DNA of 64,000 nucleotides, taken from assembly GCA_041690595.1 (NCBI GenBank), contig JAWLHB010000013.1, positions 1-64,000 on the forward strand, read 5' to 3'. Below are positions 57,531-64,000 of this stretch, piece by piece. Below the pieces are notes generated by a model. The model worked only from the letters and a program-made list of their open reading frames with translations. It searched no databases and was not told the DNA's origin. The position numbers and the translations under genes are program-made. This DNA is from Lentisphaeria bacterium (GTDB lineage Bacteria > Verrucomicrobiota > Lentisphaeria > JABSQK01 > JAWLHB01). Numbering within the stretch: position 1 is the first letter of the stretch; every line of letters starts with the position of its first letter.

Positions 57531-59429
57531 ATGTCGGATATGATCAAATTGAACGGGGTGCAACTGGATCTTGCCAGGCAGATGGAGACGGTGGAGACGA
57601 TCAAGGACTTCATCGACTTCGCGGCGGAACAAGGATACAATGCGCTTTTCCTTTACCTGGAGGGGCGGGTACGCACCAGAAGCTTTCCGTATCCGCCGGC
57701 CTCGGCCAGCTATTCGCCGGAGGAGATGGGGGAGATCGTGCGACACGCTGCGAGCCGCAACATCGATGTCATTCCGGGGCTGGCCTGCCTGGGCCACGCG
57801 GAGCTTTTTCTGAAGTACGACGAGATGAAGCATCTGGCGGAGCTGCGTGACGGTCGTAACGGCCGCTTCTGGAACAACTTCAAGCAGGTATTCTGCGCCA
57901 CCAGCCCCGCCACCCGCGAGTTTCTGGCCAACTACATTGACGAGATCTGCGAGATTTTCCCCTCGCCCTACATTCATATCGGGCTGGATGAATCCTGGGA
58001 TATCGGTTTCTGCGACGATTGCAGCAAGAAGGCGGAGAGCTTCCTCGGGGAGCAGGAACTCTACCTGGACATCATCAACCACTGTCACGACGTGGTGGCC
58101 GGCAAGCACGGGCGGCGGATGATGATCTGGGACGACATGTTCGAGCTGTACAGCGACATCCTGCCGCGAGTGCCGCGGGACGTGATCATGGTCTGCTGGC
58201 AGTACCGGGCCGACGTCACACACGTGCAAGGTCACTTTGCGAACCGCCGGGTGGAAGAGAGTTTCTCCGTCTATGACCGCCTGGGTTTCGATTATGTCAT
58301 CGGCCCGGGGGCCGCAAGCACGGCCAACATCCGCACCTTCACGCGGCTTGCCGAGAGCGCGAAGCCGATGGGCTGGCTGCTCACCAACTGGGAAAACTCG
58401 ACCAGTTACATCTACAAACAGCTGCCCATCATGGCCTACGCCGGGCGCCTGTGGAAGGCGGGATCGACCGCTGGCGAAGCCCAGATTTTTGATGACCTTG
58501 TCGAGGATCTTTGCGGCGTCAGGGATCCGGTTCTCGTGGCGACCCTGCGTTGCATCTACGAAAGCCGGCTGCTGAAGGAGCACGGGCTTGGTGAAGGGTC
58601 GCTGGCAAGCTACCCGTACTCGGGGCTGGATCAGGCTTGGCCGGCCACACTGAAGCTGCTCCTGGCCGGGCTGACACAGGTCGATGCCGAAGCGCTCAGT
58701 CCGACCGGTCGGCTCATCGTGGACGATCTGCGCCTGGGCGGTGAGTTTCACCAACTGAGGTGCCGCCTGATTGCCAATGCGCGGGCGCTGCTGATGGCAA
58801 GCCCGGGACCGGTCGATCCGGCGATCGATGCTGAGTTCGAGGCCATCGTCAGCGCGTTGGAAGCGCTTCGCCAGACGCGTGTGGCGCAGTGGGATCGCTT
58901 CCGCGGCGGGATCGAGCCCTGCGCCTATGACCGCATGTACAGCAACGCCATCGCGATGATTCCCAAGTGGGTCGAAAAGGTGAAGGGCAGTGGCTTGATG
59001 CGCGTACGCTTCTGCCTGCCGGACCAGTATTCGGCGCCTCGCTGCCGGATCAGCCTGCACGAAAATGGCGCCTGGAAGCAGGTGGCGAGCGGCTCGTTCA
59101 AGTGCATGGAGTCGACCGACGGCTTCTACCATACGTATATTTTGATCGACAAGGCGGCCCGTCCGGACGCGGTGCGTTTTTCGTTCGACGGCTATGGCGG
59201 TCAGGGGCTGGCTTTCGTCGAAATCCTCACCGATGCAGGTCGAGGCGTGCCGACGGAGCTTCTTGCCAGCGAAGGGCAGATCTTTAATCCGGAAGCCGTG
59301 CTCAGTAACGATCTGCAATGGGCGTACTGCGGCGATCAGGATGTGGAGGCTGCGTTTCACGACCGCTCACGGGCCACGGATGTTCACTCCGTCGACTACC
59401 GGCTGAGCTTTGGAGGTGGGGAAGCATGA
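57531..59429 (+). CDS. Glycoside hydrolase family 20-like protein
   Basis: QLDLAR, IDVIP...LGH, YIHIGLDES catalytic motif, MMIWDDM. Confidence 0.8.
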   Translation: MSDMIKLNGVQLDLARQMETVETIKDFIDFAAEQGYNALFLYLEGRVRTRSFPYPPASASYSPEEMGEIVRHAASRNIDVIPGLACLGHAELFLKYDEMKHLAELRDGRNGRFWNNFKQVFCATSPATREFLANYIDEICEIFPSPYIHIGLDESWDIGFCDDCSKKAESFLGEQELYLDIINHCHDVVAGKHGRRMMIWDDMFELYSDILPRVPRDVIMVCWQYRADVTHVQGHFANRRVEESFSVYDRLGFDYVIGPGAASTANIRTFTRLAESAKPMGWLLTNWENSTSYIYKQLPIMAYAGRLWKAGSTAGEAQIFDDLVEDLCGVRDPVLVATLRCIYESRLLKEHGLGEGSLASYPYSGLDQAWPATLKLLLAGLTQVDAEALSPTGRLIVDDLRLGGEFHQLRCRLIANARALLMASPGPVDPAIDAEFEAIVSALEALRQTRVAQWDRFRGGIEPCAYDRMYSNAIAMIPKWVEKVKGSGLMRVRFCLPDQYSAPRCRISLHENGAWKQVASGSFKCMESTDGFYHTYILIDKAARPDAVRFSFDGYGGQGLAFVEILTDAGRGVPTELLASEGQIFNPEAVLSNDLQWAYCGDQDVEAAFHDRSRATDVHSVDYRLSFGGGEA

Positions 59430-61906
59430 AGCGGAAGGCCCTGCTTGCAATGCTGCTCATGGGTGCGCTGGCGACCGGTTCGGAAGGGGCAAAGCCGTAT
59501 GGCGCCAATGCGGCGTTGAATCCTGTGCGGTTCCAGCCACCCCCGTCGCATGAGCCGCTACGCCTGATAACGGAGGGTCGGGCCGCCTTCGCGATCGCCA
59601 TCGATCAGGCGAGCGAAAGCACCATCAACCAGCGGCGACGGCGCTCCATTCATCGTGGCGCGGAGGTGCTGCGGAAAGCCTTTGGCAAGTGCTTCGGGGT
59701 GGAGGTGCCGATCGTTGATGCCGGCGAGGCCGGGCTTGCGGAAAGGTACGGCTACCTCATCCTGGTCGGCAAGAGCGTCTTGACGGATGCGCTGGAGATG
59801 CGACCGCTCGAGCTGCCGGCGGAAGGCTTCGAAGTGCGGAGCTTCGCCGGCGGCGTGGCCATCGCCGGGCACGACGGCTCGATCATCCCGGATGCTTATC
59901 ACCCTATGGACAGCGGCCTCTACAGGCTCAACGGAACGCTGAATGGAGTCCATGACTTCATCGAGCGCTTTCTGGGCGTACGTTTCTACTATCCGGGAGA
60001 CGGCACTATCTGGCCGGAGGCGTCCGAGCTGACGCTCCAGCCGGTGCACTATCAGGACTGGCCGACTTTTCAGCGGCGCTACTCATGGGCCGTGCAACAC
60101 TCCTTGACGGAGAAGAACTGGATTCCCGAACTTGGCCCCTTCCAGCCGACGGACTTCGAGGAAAGGTGGCGCCTCGGCCAAAGCACGCGCATGACCAGTT
60201 CGCATTCCCCCAAGCCGGAGTCTTGGGCAAAGGTGCATCCAGACAAGATCGAGACGATCTTCTATCGCGCTCCCAACGATCACCTCTACTACAACACGAA
60301 GCAGCACACCGGAAACTACTTTGATGTAACGAACCTGGAGGTGGCCAAGCTCCTGGTCGACGATCTGGTGAAGTTCTACGAAAGCGGCGGCACGTACACC
60401 GCTCCTTGGGATGGCTGGTATCCACCGAACAGTGAGTACGTCATCTTCGGCCAGTGCGATACCTTCCTGGCGACGCTCGACAATGCGGTGGTGCGCGAGT
60501 TGGAGCTGATCCCCGCTTCGCGTCGCGATTCACGCGATGGCGCCCTCAGCGATATCTACTCGAGGTTTCACATCGCGCTCGCGGAAGAGCTGAAAGCGAG
60601 ACTTCCCGACAAGCGTCTGGCGATCATGCCGTACCAGAACTACGCGCTGCCGCCGCTGAAGGAAGAGTATAGTCGCTTCCCGGACAACGTGGACCTCTGC
60701 GTCTGCATCGGCGACTTTCCGCGCAGCATCCGGAACCCCGAGGCGGTGGCACGCTGGCGCGAGCGGCTGAAGCAGTGGTATGAGGTGCTTGGGAACCGCC
60801 CGGTGGAGCAGCTCTGGCTCTACAATGCGCCGAACGATACCTTCGGCCGGGCAGTGATAGCCAGGATGGTGGCTGAGATTCCCGGCCAGATGGGGGAGTA
60901 TCTCGGTCGAGGCGGCATGTATTTCGACCTGCACGGAGGCTTCGACTGGGAGCACTACTACAACTACTATGCGATGTACCGGGCGATGTGGAATCCCGAG
61001 TTCAACGTCGATGCGGCGTTGAACGAGCAGTGGGAGCTGATGTATGGAGCCGCGGCGCCACATCTCGAGGCGTTTGATGCGCTTCTGGTCGAACGCTGGG
61101 AGTCGGTGCGGGCGCTGGGCGGCAAAGCCGAAGAAGCCTATCCGCTCACGGTGCTCGACGAACTCGAGAAGCTGCTGAGCCAGGCTCAGGAGGCAGTGGT
61201 GCCGGAGAGCGTCGAGGCACGGCGGCTGGCACTCTTCAGCAAGCCGTGGCCGAAGGCCTTCGAGCGGGCGCGAGGTCTTGTGCTCCATTCGAAGCCGCAC
61301 TATCTGGTGAAGCGGATACCTGAGGCCATTTTGCCCGCCATCGACGGCAAGGCAGAGGAGTCTTTCTGGCAAGAGGCGCCCCTCCTTGCCCTGCGCGACC
61401 CCTTCGGCGGCATGGAACCGCCCGCCTTCCCGACTCGAGCACGGCTGGCCTGGAGCGCGGACAGCCTCTACGCCATCTTCGAGATGACCGGCGCTCCCAA
61501 GGCCGATGAGGAAAAGGGGCTCTTCACCAATGATAATGTCGAGATCTTCCTTTCTCCGGGCATGGACGGCAACGACTACTTCCAGATTGCCGTCGATGCG
61601 ACGGGTCAGTTCTGGCAGGGGCAGCAGACGCTCAAGCCGGTGGCCACCCCCGTCAATGCCGACATGAGAATTGCGGGCTTCGAGCAGGCGATCTCGATCG
61701 GCGACGATGGCTGGACGCTGGAGCTCCGCATCCCCTTCGCCGGTCTGGAGGTGGAGTCGCCCGAGGTCTACTCGTCGTGGCAGGTCAACATTATCCGCAA
61801 CAAGCACTCGCAACCGCCGGAGTATACCGCCTTCTCTCTGACACTGGGCGTCAATAAGAATGTCGAGTACTTCGGCACGATCAAGTTTCTCGGCCGAGGC
61901 GATTGA
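59426..61906 (+). CDS. Secreted DUF4838-like protein with C-terminal CBM9-like sugar-binding domain
   Basis: Signal peptide; GTLNGVHDFIERFLGVRFYYPG; PAIDGK.EE.FW, DNVEIFL, WTLELRIPF; ATGA overlap. Confidence 0.72.
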   Translation: MKRKALLAMLLMGALATGSEGAKPYGANAALNPVRFQPPPSHEPLRLITEGRAAFAIAIDQASESTINQRRRRSIHRGAEVLRKAFGKCFGVEVPIVDAGEAGLAERYGYLILVGKSVLTDALEMRPLELPAEGFEVRSFAGGVAIAGHDGSIIPDAYHPMDSGLYRLNGTLNGVHDFIERFLGVRFYYPGDGTIWPEASELTLQPVHYQDWPTFQRRYSWAVQHSLTEKNWIPELGPFQPTDFEERWRLGQSTRMTSSHSPKPESWAKVHPDKIETIFYRAPNDHLYYNTKQHTGNYFDVTNLEVAKLLVDDLVKFYESGGTYTAPWDGWYPPNSEYVIFGQCDTFLATLDNAVVRELELIPASRRDSRDGALSDIYSRFHIALAEELKARLPDKRLAIMPYQNYALPPLKEEYSRFPDNVDLCVCIGDFPRSIRNPEAVARWRERLKQWYEVLGNRPVEQLWLYNAPNDTFGRAVIARMVAEIPGQMGEYLGRGGMYFDLHGGFDWEHYYNYYAMYRAMWNPEFNVDAALNEQWELMYGAAAPHLEAFDALLVERWESVRALGGKAEEAYPLTVLDELEKLLSQAQEAVVPESVEARRLALFSKPWPKAFERARGLVLHSKPHYLVKRIPEAILPAIDGKAEESFWQEAPLLALRDPFGGMEPPAFPTRARLAWSADSLYAIFEMTGAPKADEEKGLFTNDNVEIFLSPGMDGNDYFQIAVDATGQFWQGQQTLKPVATPVNADMRIAGFEQAISIGDDGWTLELRIPFAGLEVESPEVYSSWQVNIIRNKHSQPPEYTAFSLTLGVNKNVEYFGTIKFLGRGD

Positions 61907-61908
61907 GG

Positions 61909-62820
61909 ATGAGCCGGGTGGCCATCATCGTGCTGGCGCTGCTGCTGGCGTCGTTGGCGCCGGGGAACCCGGAAGCTTCCTTTGTCGAAGCGCCCATCTA
62001 TCGAGCGGAGCGGGTACTCTTCAGCCGGCAGGTGCGGCTGCGCAACCGTCAGGGTCAGTATCGCCTCGACTTCGTGCAGCTGCGCCCGCAAGGCAATCGC
62101 GGGGCCATCTTTCAGATTTACCTGCGCGAGCCGACCGTGTACTACAGCTTTTCGCGCCCGCTCGACAGTTTTCTCGATCTGCAAGTCAATGGCATCGCGC
62201 TCAAGTGGCTGGAGCCACGGACGGAGAGCTTCTCCTGCTGGCAGAGGGGCGAACAAGCCGGAGTTGACCTGGCACTCAACTTCGACGGTGCCCGCGTCCT
62301 GCTCTCCTTCTGCATGCGTCGCGATTCGCCCGTGCTGTGGGCGAAGGTGACGCCGCAAGCCGGAGGCACCGTACGAACGGCGCAGCTCTCGCTCTTCGCA
62401 GTACCTTCAGGCATGGTTCCGGGGCAGCTGAGTGAAGGCTATCAGCGCATTGCCATCCACGCCGAAGGACAGCGCGAGCAGGGAGATGAAGCCTGGGTGC
62501 TGCCGGCCGGCATCGATTATCTGGTGCTGACCGACGAGGCGCTCGAGCCCGGTCAACGCGAGGGGACAATTGGCCCCTGTTACGTGGTCTTCGACGCCAC
62601 CGCGGCGGAGCGCGGCCTCCTCGAGATGCGGAACAGCTACCGCCTCACCCTCACCTTCCAGCTCGATCCATCCAAAGTATTCGCGTTCGGCGTGTGGGAA
62701 TCGAGCCGTCCCTATGCCAATGCCGACTTCCTGGAGTTGCTGGACGCATCGCGAGCGGCCTTCTCGTTGTCGGAAGTGGTCACCGAGGGAGAACCTCGAG
62801 GATCTGGGGAAGCTCCGTGA
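61909..62820 (+). CDS. Hypothetical secreted protein
   Basis: Signal-peptide-like N-terminus; starts 2 bp after upstream stop. Confidence 0.65.
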   Translation: MSRVAIIVLALLLASLAPGNPEASFVEAPIYRAERVLFSRQVRLRNRQGQYRLDFVQLRPQGNRGAIFQIYLREPTVYYSFSRPLDSFLDLQVNGIALKWLEPRTESFSCWQRGEQAGVDLALNFDGARVLLSFCMRRDSPVLWAKVTPQAGGTVRTAQLSLFAVPSGMVPGQLSEGYQRIAIHAEGQREQGDEAWVLPAGIDYLVLTDEALEPGQREGTIGPCYVVFDATAAERGLLEMRNSYRLTLTFQLDPSKVFAFGVWESSRPYANADFLELLDASRAAFSLSEVVTEGEPRGSGEAP

Positions 62821-63700
62821 TGATGACATCCGGCTCGGTCGCGCCGACGCGCTCATCGTTTTCGCGCCAGCGGAGGGAGCGGCGGTCCCCGGCAAAAAGG
62901 GCTGTGCGGCAGCCGCAATCGGCGGCGGGCCAGATATCGTTGAGCATGTCATTGCCGACGTAGAGGATCTGGGACGGCACCAGCCCGTGCATGTCACGCG
63001 CGTTGGTGAGCATGCGGTCGTACAGCTCTGTCCCCGGCTTGGCCGCCAGGGTGCGGTAGGACCAGGCGGTGAGATCTGGGTCGAAGCCCAGTTCCCGCGG
63101 CAATCCCCCCAGGAAGGCGTGGAAAAGGACGGGCGTGAAGAACTGGGCGTTACTGACGATTCCCAGGAGGAAGCCGGCGTCGCGCAGGGCGGTCAGGCAC
63201 TCGGCCAGCCCTGGCATGGGATAGACGGGATTCACCTCGCATTCGTAGCGAAAGGCAAAGCGCAGGATGTCGTCGTGCCCCGGCCGGCCGTTGATCAGCT
63301 TGTCATTGGCGAGGATCGTGAAGATTTCGGTCCACACCTGGCGGATATCGACTTCGGGGGTGGCGATGCCTTGGGCGCGGGTGGCGGCATGGTAGGCATG
63401 AATCGTGGCAGTCAACAGCCCGGTGCCGCGAGCTGCCGCGGCAGTGAGATCGCCGTCCAGGCCAATGGCGGTGAGAGCGTGAAGAAATGCGGCTTTCTGG
63501 TCCGTCTCGAGCACACCGATCTCGCCGCAGCCAGAGATGAAGAGGGTGCCGTAAACGTCGAATACGACGGCGCGTACATCCTCCAGGCGCCGCAGTCGTG
63601 GCGGGGTGTCGGTGGACAATGGTTGGAGAGGCTGCGAGACTTCGCTCAGGATGGTGCTGAGGTCGTCCAGCATGGCAGGGGATTCAGGAAAATCGTTCAT
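62780..63700 (-). CDS. HAD-superfamily hydrolase
   Basis: AVVFDVYGTL, GIVSNAQ, AKP, LYVGNDMLNDI. Confidence 0.9.
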   Translation of the reverse strand: MNDFPESPAMLDDLSTILSEVSQPLQPLSTDTPPRLRRLEDVRAVVFDVYGTLFISGCGEIGVLETDQKAAFLHALTAIGLDGDLTAAAARGTGLLTATIHAYHAATRAQGIATPEVDIRQVWTEIFTILANDKLINGRPGHDDILRFAFRYECEVNPVYPMPGLAECLTALRDAGFLLGIVSNAQFFTPVLFHAFLGGLPRELGFDPDLTAWSYRTLAAKPGTELYDRMLTNARDMHGLVPSQILYVGNDMLNDIWPAADCGCRTALFAGDRRSLRWRENDERVGATEPDVIITELPQILEVLPR

Positions 63701-63999
63701 CAGCTGAGCATGAGGTGAAAGCGTTCAGGTTTGAGGAACTGGTCGAGCAGCAGGCCCGGATCCAGCGCGGAGACTCTCTCTACCGGCGATTGAGCCGTGG
63801 CGACGTAAGCGTCCATGAGCCGGCGACCATAGGCAGGCAGGCTGAAGCTGGCTTCCACGTGCCGGCGGTTCCGGTCGAGCAGGCGACGAGACGTCTCCAG
63901 ATCGAACGGCACGGCAAACTGGGCGCGATCGCCAGGGTTGACAGCCAGCCGCCGCAGCACCATCGCCTGCATGTCCTCGTCAAGACGCGCAAAGTCAAT
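63700..63999 (-). CDS. C-terminal fragment of upstream gene (possibly glycosyltransferase), truncated by window end
   Basis: Frame open to the edge (IDFARLDEDMQ...NRRHVEASFSLPAYGRRL); TGATG overlap with HAD gene. Confidence 0.55.
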   Translation of the reverse strand: MDFARLDEDMQAMVLRRLAVNPGDRAQFAVPFDLETSRRLLDRNRRHVEASFSLPAYGRRLMDAYVATAQSPVERVSALDPGLLLDQFLKPERFHLMLS

Positions 64000-64000
64000 G

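Overview
GC-rich bacterial chromosomal window, probably from the PVC superphylum and Lentisphaerae-like. That placement is inferred from the prepilin/H-X9-DG proteins, sulfatases, heparinase II/III-like and DUF4838-like proteins, and short-period intergenic repeats. It is densely coding, about 50 CDS. Housekeeping genes include sdhCAB, hisHF, gmhB/hldA, recD2, sppA, lpdA, dut, mreB, mutS, an amidase, zwf-pgl-glgP and rubredoxin. There are also carbohydrate-catabolic genes, including a GntR/pseudopilin/GH20/DUF4838 locus, and an ECF sigma/vWA pair. The most interesting element is a tightly coupled kleisin-like/KITE-like/SMC-ATPase triad (36963-41872) with MksFEB/Wadjet JetABC architecture. It has no adjacent JetD/MksG nuclease and sits 10 bp downstream of a DUF1015 gene carrying a ParB/Srx-like DGHHR motif. 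Also notable are an ~830 bp hierarchical non-CRISPR repeat array (24033-24860), a family of 9-10 bp period intergenic repeats, and an apparent ~33 kb block of reversed GC skew. No tRNA, rRNA, CRISPR-cas, transposase or integrase was recognised. All family calls are by-eye motif recognition, not database searches.
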